Made by a program: the position numbers and the translations under genes. From Kiritimatiellia bacterium (GTDB lineage: Bacteria > Verrucomicrobiota > Kiritimatiellia > RFP12 > JAAYLN01): 51,280 nucleotides of DNA. Below are positions 1 to 8,479 of this stretch, piece after piece. The stretch is from the NCBI GenBank assembly GCA_017962605.1, contig JAGCUY010000084.1, forward strand, positions 1 through 51,280, in the 5' to 3' direction. Each line of letters begins with the position of its first letter. Position 1 is the first letter of the stretch. The notes under the pieces were generated by a model. It did no database searches, had not been told where the DNA came from, and was given only the letters and a program-made list of their open reading frames with translations.

Positions 1-1
1 C

Positions 2-928
2 GGCGCGGCATTCAACATCGGACCGCGCATACGCGGCGCACTGCTGCTGGTCGCGGCGCTCGCCATGCTCCTCGTTGCCGCGCGTTCGCTGGGCTGGATG
101 CCGTTCGCGTCGCGGACTTCGCGCCGCCGCAACCGTCAGGTCCACCGCACCCGCACCCCCACCGCCCTTCGTCCGCTGCTTGTCGGCGCGGCCAACGGCT
201 TCATTCCTTGCGGGCCGCTCCAGTCGGTGCAGCTCTGGGCGCTTGCGAGTGGCGGCGCCGCGCGTGGGGCGGTCGCCATGCTTGCATTCGGACTTGGAAC
301 GGCACCGGCCCTCTTCGCCGTCGGCGCGGCGGCGGGCTTCTTCTCGCGGCGCCGCGCGGTCTTCGGACGCATTGCGGCGGCTATTCTGATCGCACTGGCC
401 CTCGGCATGGCGCGGCGTGGCATCCGTGCCTGGTCGTCCGACCCGGACGCCATCACCTACGACTGCTGCGAACGCCGGGAGGTGTCGGAAGCCGAAACGC
501 CCCCGCCGGAATCGTCTTCGCCCTACCTCGACCTCGCGCCAGGGGCGGACGGCTTTGTCGTCGTGCCGCTCTCGCGCGTCACGGACAAGGCGCTCTACGT
601 CAATGTCCCATCCGCCGACGCCTCGCAGCCCATTGTGCAGCTCATCGCAATCCGTGACGGTGCCGGCCGCGCCCGCATCGCCTTAAACACCTGTCAGGCC
701 TGCAACCCGTCGCCTCGCGCCTTTTTCATGCAACGCGCAGACGGACGGCTCGTCTGCCAGAACTGCGGCAACGACTTCGGTCCCGAAGCCGTCGGCGCCG
801 CCGCGCGCGGCTGCAACCCCGCCCCGATCCCCGGAGTCCGCGAAACCGCCGACGCCATCCTCGTCCCCGCCACTGCGCTCGACGCCGTCCGCCCCGCCTT
901 CGCCAATTGGGCCGGTCCGCGGAAGTAA
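2..928 (+). CDS. Membrane protein, 5'-partial; the frame is open to the window start. It has multi-TM segments with a GFIPCGP motif (DsbD_2/TauE-like) and a Cys-rich C-terminal domain (CxxC...CxxC).
   Basis: The frame of the 65..928 ORF stays open upstream to nt 2. There are hydrophobic TM stretches and a GxxPCGP motif. The C-terminus carries NTCQACNP...CQNCGNDF cysteine pairs. Its position next to copA suggests a metal-homeostasis role. Confidence 0.4.
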   Translation, partial: GAAFNIGPRIRGALLLVAALAMLLVAARSLGWMPFASRTSRRRNRQVHRTRTPTALRPLLVGAANGFIPCGPLQSVQLWALASGGAARGAVAMLAFGLGTAPALFAVGAAAGFFSRRRAVFGRIAAAILIALALGMARRGIRAWSSDPDAITYDCCERREVSEAETPPPESSSPYLDLAPGADGFVVVPLSRVTDKALYVNVPSADASQPIVQLIAIRDGAGRARIALNTCQACNPSPRAFFMQRADGRLVCQNCGNDFGPEAVGAAARGCNPAPIPGVRETADAILVPATALDAVRPAFANWAGPRK

Positions 929-969
929 TGCCCATGGACTAATCAGCTTGTGCTATCATTTTTCCCCGT

Positions 970-1998
970 ATGAATGAATCAACCTTGTCAGACCCCGGCA
1001 AAATGACCACCGCATTCGAACTTGCCGACCGAATCATCGGCGGCGGCGAGCCAGCCACCGCCGAGGAACTCTTAGACCTTCTCCGCAACGCCCCGCGCGC
1101 CGAGCTCCACGAGGCCGCGCACCGCGTCACCGCCGCCTGCGCGCCGCGCCGTTTCGACTTCTGCGGCATTGTGAACGCGCGCGCCGGCCGCTGTTCGGAG
1201 AACTGCAAGTGGTGCGCGCAAAGCGCCTACTGGGAGACGGGTTGCGAAATCCACAGCTGGATTGGCACGGAGGCTTGCGTCCGGGCCGCCGCCAATGCCG
1301 AGGCGAACGGCGTCGGCCGCATCGGCATCGTCACAAGCGGGCGGGCCCAGAGCCCGGCCGACATCGACGCGCTTTGCGACGCCCTTCGCGCCATGAGGCG
1401 CGAGACGCGCATCCACCTCTGCGGTTCGCTCGGCCTCCTGTCGCCATCCGACATCGCGCGGCTGAAGGAGGCCGGCCTTGAACGCGTCCACTGCAACATC
1501 GAAACCGCCCCGTCGCACTTCGGCGACCTGTGCACCACGCACACGCAGGCGCAGAAGCTCGAGACGCTGCGGGCCGCGCGCGACGCCGGACTCGAAATCT
1601 GCTGCGGCGGCATCATCGGCATGGGGGAAAGCGACGAGCAGCTCGTCGAGTTCGCCCTAGCGCTTGCCGAAATCGCACCGGCCTCGATTCCCGTGAACAT
1701 CCTGCACCCGATTCCGGGAACTCCGCTGGGTGCGCACACGCCGCTGCCCGTGGAGCGAATCCTCGACTCCATAGCCATCCTGCGCCTTGCCAATCCCCGC
1801 ACGCCCCTGCGCTTCGCCGGCGGACGCGTGCTGCTTTCGGATGATGACGCTCGCCGCGCCATCTTCTGCGGCATCAACGCCGGCATCGCCGGACCGCTCC
1901 TCACCACACCAGGCGCCAACTACGCCGACGACCGCGCCCTCGCAACCGAAGCGGGCTACGCCGTGGGCCAGGAATTACGCTATGAACTCGAAAGATAA
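970..1998 (+). CDS. bioB: Biotin synthase BioB (radical SAM)
   Basis: The CSENCKWCAQS CxxxCxxC radical-SAM motif matches BioB CPEDCKYCPQS. HCNIETAP corresponds to YNHNLDT, CCGGIIGMGES to CSGGIVGLGE, and SIPVNILHPIPGTPL to SVPINxLVxVxGTPL. Confidence 0.75.
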   Translation: MNESTLSDPGKMTTAFELADRIIGGGEPATAEELLDLLRNAPRAELHEAAHRVTAACAPRRFDFCGIVNARAGRCSENCKWCAQSAYWETGCEIHSWIGTEACVRAAANAEANGVGRIGIVTSGRAQSPADIDALCDALRAMRRETRIHLCGSLGLLSPSDIARLKEAGLERVHCNIETAPSHFGDLCTTHTQAQKLETLRAARDAGLEICCGGIIGMGESDEQLVEFALALAEIAPASIPVNILHPIPGTPLGAHTPLPVERILDSIAILRLANPRTPLRFAGGRVLLSDDDARRAIFCGINAGIAGPLLTTPGANYADDRALATEAGYAVGQELRYELER

Positions 1999-4198
1999 TC
2001 GCCGTTTCTCCGTAACTGGCATGACCTGCGCCGCGTGCTCCGCCCGCGTTGAGCGGGCGGTCGCAGCCGTGCCGGGGGTGGCGGAATGTTCCGTGAGCCT
2101 GCTGACCAACGAGATGTCCGTAGCAGGCAACGCCACGGACGAGGCCATCGTCGCCGCCGTTGAGAAGGCCGGATATGGGGCAATGCCGCAAGGGCGGCAA
2201 GTCGAAAGTCAAAAGTCGAAAGTCGAAAGTCAAAGGTCGAAAGTCGAAAGTCAGGCGGCTGGGCTGCGCGGGCGGCTTATTGCCTCGCTCGCGCTGCTGG
2301 CCATTTTGATGTATGCGACGATGGGGCACATGATGCTCGGGTGGCCGCTGCCGCGCTGGTTCACGCAGCCTGAACCCAACCATGTCGCAATGGGCCTCGC
2401 GCAGCTGCTCCTTTCGGGCGCGGTGCTTGTCCTGAACCAGCGCTTCTTCACATCAGGCTTCCGCGCAGCCCTGCGCGGCGCGCCGAACATGGACACCCTC
2501 GTCGCCCTCGGCGCCGGCGCCGCATACGCCTGGAGCGTCGCGGTTCTCTTCCTCATGACCCGCGCCCAAGTCCTGGGCGGCACCGCCGCCGCGGAGGCTT
2601 GGATGGGGCAATACTACTTCGAGAGCGCCGCGATGATCGTGACGCTCATTTCCGTCGGCAAGCTGCTTGAGGAGCGCGCGAAGGGCCGGACGACTAGCGC
2701 CCTCGCCGCACTCGTGCGCCTCGCGCCGAAGACGGCGGCCGTCATCCGCGACAGCCGCGAAGTCCAGATTCCCGCCGCGCAGGTACGCGTCGGCGACCTC
2801 TTCCTCGTGCGGCGCGGCATGTCGATACCAGTCGATGGCGTCGTCGAGGAGGGCGAAGGGGCGGTTGACGAATCAATGCTCACCGGCGAGAGCGTGCCGG
2901 TCGCCAAGGCCCCGGGCGCGGCCGTCTCCGCCGCCACGACGAACCTCTCCGGCTTCATGCGCTGCCGCGCCACGCGCGTCGGCGAGGACACCACCCTCGC
3001 GCAGATCGTGCGCCTCATGCGCGACGCCGCCGCGACCAAGGCGCCAATCGCCCGTCTCGCCGACCGCGCAGCCGCAATCTTCGTGCCGGCAATCCTCCTC
3101 ATCGCCATCGTCACGCTGGGCGTCTGGCTGATTGCAGGCGCCGCGCCGGGGTTCGCGCTCGCCCGCGCCATTTCGGTGCTGGTGGTGAGCTGCCCGTGCG
3201 CCCTCGGCCTCGCGACGCCCGTGGCGATCATGGTCGGGTGCGGCGTAGGCGCACGGCGCGGAATCCTATTCAAGAACGCCGCGGCCCTCGAAGCCGCTGG
3301 ACGCGCCGAAATAGTCGTCCTCGACAAGACCGGCACCGTGACCACGGGCAAGCTGGACGACATCTCCGGCGCCGTCGTGGCCGACGCCCCGCGCCCCGAA
3401 GCCGCCGAGGCCATCCGCGACCTTCGCGGCATGGGACTGCGCGTCATGCTCCTCTCCGGAGACAAAGAGGACACTGCGAAGGCAATCGCGGGCGCCGTCG
3501 GCATAGACGACGTCATCGCGGGCGTCCTGCCGGACGGCAAACACGGCGTCGTCGAAGACCTCAAGAAACGGGGGCGCGTGGCCATGGTCGGCGACGGCGT
3601 GAACGACGCCCCCGCCCTGGCCGCAGCAGACCTCGGCCTCGCCATCGGCGCAGGAACAGACGTGGCCATCGACGCCGCAGGCGCCGTGCTAGTCCACAGC
3701 CGCCTGACCGACGTCCCTGCCGCGCTGCGCCTTGGCCACGCCACCCTCCGCAACATCCGCGAGAACCTCTTCTGGGCCTTCTTCTACAACGCCCTGCTGA
3801 TACCGCTGGCCGCCGGGGCCTTCTACCCGCTCTTCGGTTGGAAGATGCACCCCGACCTCGGGGCGCTGGCTATGAGCCTCTCAAGTTTCTGCGTAGTGGC
3901 GAACGCCCTGCGCCTCAATCTGGCAAAACTGGGTGACGCCCAGCCCGAACAAAGGAAGGAAGCAACAATGAGCGAAGAAAAGAAGAACGACAAACGAGTC
4001 CTGGCCGTCCAGGGCATGATGTGCGCGCACTGCGAGGCGCACGTGCGCAAGGCGCTGGAAGCCGTCCCCGGCGTGGCCTCGGCCACGGCCGACCATGAGA
4101 AAGGCGTGGCGGAGGTCGTCCTCTCGGCCCCGGTTGACGACGCCGCCCTCGTCGCGGCCGTCAAGGCGGCCGGCTACGAGGCCGCGCCAATTCTCTAA
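1982..4198 (+). CDS. copA: Copper-translocating P-type ATPase (CopA-like) with N- and C-terminal HMA domains
   Basis: HMA GMTCAACSARVERA is present at the N-terminus, with the CPC motif (SCPCALGLATP), DKTGTVT phosphorylation site and GDGVNDAPAL. A second HMA MMCAHCEAHVRKALE lies at the C-terminus. Start was chosen at ATG 1982 (MNSKDNRRF...), in frame with the long 1787 ORF; it overlaps the bioB 3' end by 17 nt. Confidence 0.85.
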   Translation: MNSKDNRRFSVTGMTCAACSARVERAVAAVPGVAECSVSLLTNEMSVAGNATDEAIVAAVEKAGYGAMPQGRQVESQKSKVESQRSKVESQAAGLRGRLIASLALLAILMYATMGHMMLGWPLPRWFTQPEPNHVAMGLAQLLLSGAVLVLNQRFFTSGFRAALRGAPNMDTLVALGAGAAYAWSVAVLFLMTRAQVLGGTAAAEAWMGQYYFESAAMIVTLISVGKLLEERAKGRTTSALAALVRLAPKTAAVIRDSREVQIPAAQVRVGDLFLVRRGMSIPVDGVVEEGEGAVDESMLTGESVPVAKAPGAAVSAATTNLSGFMRCRATRVGEDTTLAQIVRLMRDAAATKAPIARLADRAAAIFVPAILLIAIVTLGVWLIAGAAPGFALARAISVLVVSCPCALGLATPVAIMVGCGVGARRGILFKNAAALEAAGRAEIVVLDKTGTVTTGKLDDISGAVVADAPRPEAAEAIRDLRGMGLRVMLLSGDKEDTAKAIAGAVGIDDVIAGVLPDGKHGVVEDLKKRGRVAMVGDGVNDAPALAAADLGLAIGAGTDVAIDAAGAVLVHSRLTDVPAALRLGHATLRNIRENLFWAFFYNALLIPLAAGAFYPLFGWKMHPDLGALAMSLSSFCVVANALRLNLAKLGDAQPEQRKEATMSEEKKNDKRVLAVQGMMCAHCEAHVRKALEAVPGVASATADHEKGVAEVVLSAPVDDAALVAAVKAAGYEAAPIL
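2199..2254 (+). repeat. Tandem heptamer array (aagtcra x8, i.e. 21-nt/7-aa units KVESQ(K/R)S) inside the copA linker between the HMA domain and TM1
   Basis: Direct reading gives aagtcga aagtcaa aagtcga aagtcga aagtcaa aggtcga aagtcga aagtcag. It encodes QVESQKSKVESQRSKVESQ. Confidence 0.8.
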
Positions 4199-4423
4199 AC
4201 ATCCCAGGCGCGCCATCGCCAAACTTCAAAACTTCTCCACCCCACCAGCCACTATAATCCGTAAATACAACGAGAGGTTTCTTTTTACCCGAAAGCAACT
4301 TCTCCAACTATGCAGGGGCATAGGAGAACTGACCATGTGCATGATGATTGTTGCGGCGACAGATGCTTATACGCTATTTATCGTGTGTGTTTTTTAGTTT
4401 TTTCAAAAAATACACACAACAAC

Positions 4424-4452
4424 TTGAAAATATCTGCGTGATTTGATATTCT
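4424..4452 (+). promoter_or_regulatory. Sigma70-like promoter (-35 TTGAAA, 17-nt spacer, -10 TATTCT) for the DUF4143 ATPase gene. It is preceded by a TGTGTGT...ACACACA / TTTTTT-c-AAAAAA inverted repeat (4384-4420).
   Basis: Motifs were read directly. The element lies in an AT-rich segment upstream of ATG 4471. Confidence 0.45.
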
Positions 4453-4470
4453 CTTTTACGAGGTTTCGAT

Positions 4471-5712
4471 ATGCGGCTTTTCAAAAGAGAACAGTATTTG
4501 TCGAGGATTCGCGGCTTCTACGATTCTACCGATTTGATAAAGGTCATTTCTGGTGTCCGACGAGCCGGGAAGTCTTCGCTCATGCAAATGATTGCGGACG
4601 AACTCCGCACCCGCAACGTTCCAGAATCAAACCTGATTTTCCTCAATTTGGACAAACGGGGCTTCAGAGGCGTCAAATCCCAAAAACAGCTGGAAGACCT
4701 GATTGCCAGCCAGTCGCTTGCAAATGGGACAAAATATCTCTTTATTGATGAAATCCAAAATGTGGAAGGCTTCGAAGAGGTCCTCAATGGGTTCAGGGAG
4801 GAGAACGAGTACTCGATTTTCATAACTGGGTCGAATTCCTATCTGCTTAGTGGCGAACTTGCCACAAAACTTACTGGCCGATACATTGAATTTGAGATTT
4901 TTCCGCTGAACTTCGTAGAATACGAGGAAATGAAAGCTTTTTACGGAAAGACTATTGATACGAACCCCTTGGCAGAATTGAACAGCTTCATATTGGAAGG
5001 AGGTTTTCCGAGAGCCCTTCTTTTCGACGATATCGACGACAAGAGAAAATACACCGAAGAACTCGTCCGTGAAATATTTGAAAAGGACATCCGTCGGCGC
5101 GTGAAAATAAAGAACAAGGAAACCTTCGAAGCCGTCCGCAATTTTCTCATCAACAACTTCGGCGCCGAAATGAGTGTTCGGAGTCTGCGCAACGCGCTAG
5201 AAGGCGCAGGTGTGACAATTAGCGAGGCGACGGCATCAAGGTATGTCAGTGCACTTGTGAACGCAAAGGTATTGTGTGAATGTCCACGATTCGATCTGAA
5301 ATCGAAACGATCCCTGCGTGGGGGGAAAAAACATTATTTGTCGGATTTAAGTTTTTTCTTCGCCCAAAACACGGACAACACCATAAACTACGGCCCCGTT
5401 CTAGAAAACATCTTTTTCACATATTTGAAAGGTGTGGGACGTTCCGTAAGTGTAGGGAAAATTGGTACGCTTGAATGTGATTTCATTGTCCGCACAGCCC
5501 CAATGGCATACGCATATTTTCAAATTGCCTACACGATACTGTCCAGCAAGGATACTGAAGACAGGGAATTCCGCGCGCTAGAACATATTCGGGATGGCTA
5601 TCCAAAATATGTCCTGACTGCGGACTATCTGCTACAAAGGCGCAATGGGATAATCCACGAGAATATCCTTGACTTCATGAAGCGCAATTCCTTCTCTTCG
5701 CGTGGAGTTTGA
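4471..5712 (+). CDS. AAA+ ATPase of the AAA_14/DUF4143 family (COG1373-like), with a C-terminal PD-(D/E)xK-like region
   Basis: The N-terminus carries Walker A GVRRAGKSSL and a Walker B-like LFIDEIQN. The family signature opens the protein: M-x-RxxYLxxI...DxxxIKVISGVRRxGKS. It sits in a lower-GC island (about 4200-5790). Confidence 0.8.
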   Translation: MRLFKREQYLSRIRGFYDSTDLIKVISGVRRAGKSSLMQMIADELRTRNVPESNLIFLNLDKRGFRGVKSQKQLEDLIASQSLANGTKYLFIDEIQNVEGFEEVLNGFREENEYSIFITGSNSYLLSGELATKLTGRYIEFEIFPLNFVEYEEMKAFYGKTIDTNPLAELNSFILEGGFPRALLFDDIDDKRKYTEELVREIFEKDIRRRVKIKNKETFEAVRNFLINNFGAEMSVRSLRNALEGAGVTISEATASRYVSALVNAKVLCECPRFDLKSKRSLRGGKKHYLSDLSFFFAQNTDNTINYGPVLENIFFTYLKGVGRSVSVGKIGTLECDFIVRTAPMAYAYFQIAYTILSSKDTEDREFRALEHIRDGYPKYVLTADYLLQRRNGIIHENILDFMKRNSFSSRGV

Positions 5713-5769
5713 TCCGCGCCTCTTGAAGCGTGTTTCATGCTCCAGGAGTAGAACGATGTCTGGGAGATA

Positions 5770-5778
5770 TGGTATAAT
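5770..5778 (+). promoter_or_regulatory. Extended -10 element TGgTATAAT, 9 nt upstream of the pspC-like ATG (a leaderless or near-leaderless transcript is possible)
   Basis: TGnTATAAT was read directly. No good -35 is present. Confidence 0.4.
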
Positions 5779-5787
5779 TTATTACCT

Positions 5788-5985
5788 ATGGAAAAGAAAC
5801 TTCGTCGTTCTTCACGCAACAGGGTCATCGCAGGCGTATGCGGCGGCATCGGCGCCTATTTCGGCGTAGATCCCGTTGCCGTGCGCATCGCCCTCGTCCT
5901 CTTCACGCTCTTCGGCGGAGCGGGCGTGCTGGTTTACCTCGTGTGCTGGCTCTGCATGCCGCTGGACATCGACCCTTTCGCATAG
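5788..5985 (+). CDS. PspC-domain membrane protein
   Basis: SRNRVIAGVCGGIGAYFGVDPVAVRIALVLFTLFGGAGVLVYLVCWLCMP is the canonical PspC domain signature. A GTGCCC-N10-GGGCAC hairpin follows the stop (5985-6006). Confidence 0.8.
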   Translation: MEKKLRRSSRNRVIAGVCGGIGAYFGVDPVAVRIALVLFTLFGGAGVLVYLVCWLCMPLDIDPFA

Positions 5986-6103
5986 TGCCCCCACCACCAT
6001 GGGCACAATCCCCTTCATGGTGATTCGCAAGGAGTCGTTCCTCGTGTGACGCTGGACCAGAAGGATAATTCTAGCGAGGAACAATCTAAATATCTTCATA
6101 TTT

Positions 6104-7417
6104 GTGTGCATGAAAGAACCATCCGACATCCGGCCGAACGGCCGCGCTCTCATCCCGTTCCTCGTCTTCGTCGCCTTCTACCTCGGGCTCTCGCTGCAGG
6201 CCGGCGACTTCTACCGGGTACCGATGCCGATCGCGTTCGTCGTCGCCTCCGCGGCGGCGCTCTTCCTCGGCCGGCCGGTGTCGCTCGAGAAGAAGATCGA
6301 CGCCTACGCCGCCTCGATGGGCGAGCCGAACATCATGATAATGTGCATGGTGTTCATCCTCGCCGGCTCGTTTGCCACAATCGCGAAAGGCTCCGGCGCC
6401 GTTGACGCTGCCGTCGCCATCGCGCAGGCACTCGTTCCTGCACGCTTCATGCTCGCGGGGATGTTCCTCGTCTCCTCGCTCGTCTCGCTTGCGATCGGCA
6501 CGAGTTGCGGCACAATCGCGGCGCTCGTCCCGATTGCCGCCGGGCTCGTCGGGCCGCTCGGCATCGACCCGGCGCTCATGGTCGGCTCGGTAGTGGGCGG
6601 CGCGATGTTCGGCGACAACCTCTCGCTCATCTCCGACACGACGATCGCAGCGACGCGCACGCAGGGCATCGAGATGCGCGCCAAGTTCCTCGCCAACCTC
6701 CGCATCGCACTCCCGGCGGCGGTCGCGGCGCTGCTCCTCTACGCCGCCCTTGGCCGCGGCACGGCGGAGCTAGCGGGCACGCCGGTCGGCTGGCGCGAGT
6801 GCGTGCTCGTGCTCCCCTACGGGCTCGTCCTCCTACTCGCGCTCGCGGGCATGAACGTGATGGCGCTCCTCTTCGGCGGGACACTCCTTTCGGCGGTCCT
6901 TGGCATAGCCTTCGGGAAGATTGACGCCTGGGGCGCGCTCGACCTCGTCGGCAAGGGCACGCTCGGGATGAGCGAGACGCTCATCGTGGCGCTCCTCGCG
7001 GGCGGTCTGCTCGGCCTCATCCGCCAAAACGGCGGCATTGCGTGGATCATGGAGAAAATCGGCGCGATGGTCCGCGGCGCGCGCGGGTGCGAGCTCGGCG
7101 TGCTGGTCCTCGTCTTCGCGGTGAATCTCTTTACCGCCAACAACACCGTCGCGATCATCGTCGCGGGCCCGGTCGCAAAGTCGCTCGCCGACAGATTCGG
7201 CGCGAAGCCCGAACGCGTGGCGAGCGTCCTTGACACCGGCTCGTGCATCCTGCAGGGCGTGATTCCCTACGGCGCGCAGCTGCTGATGGCGGTCTCGCTC
7301 GCGGCCGGCGCGGGCGCGAAGGTCGGCGCGTTCCAGCTCATCGGACGGCTCTACTACCAGGCGCTCCTGCTCGTCGTCGTTCTCGTCGCCATCGCACTTC
7401 CCCGTCGCCGCGCTTGA
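6104..7417 (+). CDS. nhaC: Na+/H+ antiporter of the NhaC family
   Basis: The 437-aa polytopic membrane protein carries the NhaC-like GSFATIAKGSGAVDAAV motif. Its TM topology is repeated. Confidence 0.65.
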   Translation: MCMKEPSDIRPNGRALIPFLVFVAFYLGLSLQAGDFYRVPMPIAFVVASAAALFLGRPVSLEKKIDAYAASMGEPNIMIMCMVFILAGSFATIAKGSGAVDAAVAIAQALVPARFMLAGMFLVSSLVSLAIGTSCGTIAALVPIAAGLVGPLGIDPALMVGSVVGGAMFGDNLSLISDTTIAATRTQGIEMRAKFLANLRIALPAAVAALLLYAALGRGTAELAGTPVGWRECVLVLPYGLVLLLALAGMNVMALLFGGTLLSAVLGIAFGKIDAWGALDLVGKGTLGMSETLIVALLAGGLLGLIRQNGGIAWIMEKIGAMVRGARGCELGVLVLVFAVNLFTANNTVAIIVAGPVAKSLADRFGAKPERVASVLDTGSCILQGVIPYGAQLLMAVSLAAGAGAKVGAFQLIGRLYYQALLLVVVLVAIALPRRRA

Positions 7418-7488
7418 CGCCGCCCGCCCCGCCTTCGCGTCTTGGGCAGGGCCACAACACTAATCGGCTTGTGTTATTCTTTTCTACC

Positions 7489-8370
7489 ATGAAGAAGATG
7501 ATTGCCAACTGCGCCGACGACCGCATCCACGCCGCCGAAGCGGGCAACAGCGAAGCCGCTGGAGCCCTCGGCAAACTAGACGCTCTGCGCTCCGCTTTGC
7601 GCGACTTCGGCTCCGCCGCCGTCGCCTTCTCGGCGGGCGTCGATTCGACTTTCCTCCTGCGAGTGGCGCATGAGGCGCTTGGCGACCGCGTCGTCGCCGT
7701 CACGGCGAGGTCGCGCTCTTTCCCGGCACGCGAAATCGACGAGGCCGCCGCCTTCTGCCTTGCCGAGGGCGTCCGCCATGTCATCCTCGATTCGGAGGAG
7801 CTGGACGTTCCGGGTTTCGCGGAGAATCCGCCAGACCGCTGCTACCACTGCAAGAAGGCCCTCTTTGGCAAGATGCTCGACTTCGCCCGCGAAAACGGCC
7901 TTGCCGCCGTGCTGGAAGGTTCCAACCTCGACGACGACGGCGACTACCGCCCCGGCCGCCGCGCAATTCGCGAACTTGGCGTCCGCTGTCCGCTGCACGA
8001 TGCCGGACTGACAAAGGCCGAAATCCGCGCCCTGTCACGCGAAATGGGGTTGGCGACGGCGGACAAGCCGTCGTTTGCCTGCCTCGCCTCGCGCTTCCCC
8101 TACGGCGAGCGCATCACGGCCGAAGGTCTGGACCGCGTCGGCCGCGCCGAGGACTGGTTGCGCGGCGCCTTCCCCGGCCTAGCGCAGCTGCGCGTCCGCT
8201 GCCACGGCGGAACCGTCGCCCGCATCGAAGTCGCGGCCACAGACATCCCGCGCCTCGCCGCCCGCGCCGCCGACATCTCCGCCGCCCTCCGCGCCATGGG
8301 CTTCGCATACGTCTCCCTCGATCTCCAAGGCTACCGCACAGGCAGCCTCAACGAGACGCTCGATAAATAA
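7489..8370 (+). CDS. larE: ATP-dependent sacrificial sulfur transferase LarE-like (PP-loop ATPase, TIGR00268 family)
   Basis: The PP-loop SAGVDSTFLL and the CLASRFPYGE cysteine-containing motif are present. Start was chosen at ATG 7489 (MKKMIAN...). The upstream part of the 7243 ORF is an Arg/Ala-rich artefact overlapping the nhaC 3' end. Confidence 0.7.
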   Translation: MKKMIANCADDRIHAAEAGNSEAAGALGKLDALRSALRDFGSAAVAFSAGVDSTFLLRVAHEALGDRVVAVTARSRSFPAREIDEAAAFCLAEGVRHVILDSEELDVPGFAENPPDRCYHCKKALFGKMLDFARENGLAAVLEGSNLDDDGDYRPGRRAIRELGVRCPLHDAGLTKAEIRALSREMGLATADKPSFACLASRFPYGERITAEGLDRVGRAEDWLRGAFPGLAQLRVRCHGGTVARIEVAATDIPRLAARAADISAALRAMGFAYVSLDLQGYRTGSLNETLDK

Positions 8371-8399
8371 TTACGCCCATCTCCGCCAGTCGGGAATTC

Positions 8400-8428
8400 T
8401 TGACTTATTCAACCTTTTGAACTATACT
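8400..8428 (+). promoter_or_regulatory. Consensus sigma70 promoter (-35 TTGACT, 17-nt spacer, -10 TATACT) upstream of nifU-nifS
   Basis: The sequence is TTGACTtattcaaccttttgaacTATACT, about 50 nt upstream of ATG 8480. Confidence 0.6.
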
Positions 8429-8479
8429 GGATATATTCACAACCTAAATGGTTGTCATTCGATTTTTAGGAACTGAACC

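Noticed and set aside
65-928. Treating the first ORF as complete from ATG 65
   Set aside because: The frame stays open back to nt 2 and the upstream residues continue a hydrophobic segment. The gene is called 5'-partial, running off the window.
1787-1981. Upstream extension of the copA ORF beginning at 1787
   Set aside because: The extension overlaps the last 70 codons of bioB in another frame and encodes low-complexity P/A/S-rich sequence. The conserved HMA domain begins right after ATG 1982.
2199-2254. Short tandem repeats (here and at 20050-20160, 42326-42357, 50296-50485) as CRISPR arrays
   Set aside because: The units are contiguous, with no unique spacers. They are 7-24 nt long and lie in-frame inside coding sequences. 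No cas genes are present.
2614-3756. 380-aa minus-strand ORF (and similar long antisense ORFs at 12583-14346, 25852-26703, 33070-34176, 34522-35577, 11190-11786, 31710-32546, 46263-46919)
   Set aside because: Each lies entirely antisense to a confidently identified gene (copA, kinase, lipoprotein paralog, subtilase, helicase, caspase/M48 protein, kinase-FGE). They have Arg/Ala/Pro/Ser-rich composition typical of stop-poor frames in ~65% GC DNA, and no recognisable motifs.
4200-4470. Possible small RNA or tRNA in AT-rich intergenic tracts (also 19236-19396, 44186-44433, 47780-48016)
   Set aside because: No cloverleaf-compatible stems or conserved tRNA boxes (GTTC/TGGTA-like arms) were found. 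The tracts are better explained as promoter or operator regions of inserted genes.
5812-6153. 113-aa minus-strand ORF overlapping pspC and the nhaC leader
   Set aside because: It is antisense to the well-supported PspC-domain gene and has no features.
7243-7488. Upstream extension of the larE ORF from 7243
   Set aside because: The extension overlaps the nhaC 3' end and is Arg/Ala-rich nonsense. Met at 7489 is preceded by the conserved upstream element and gives a typical LarE length.
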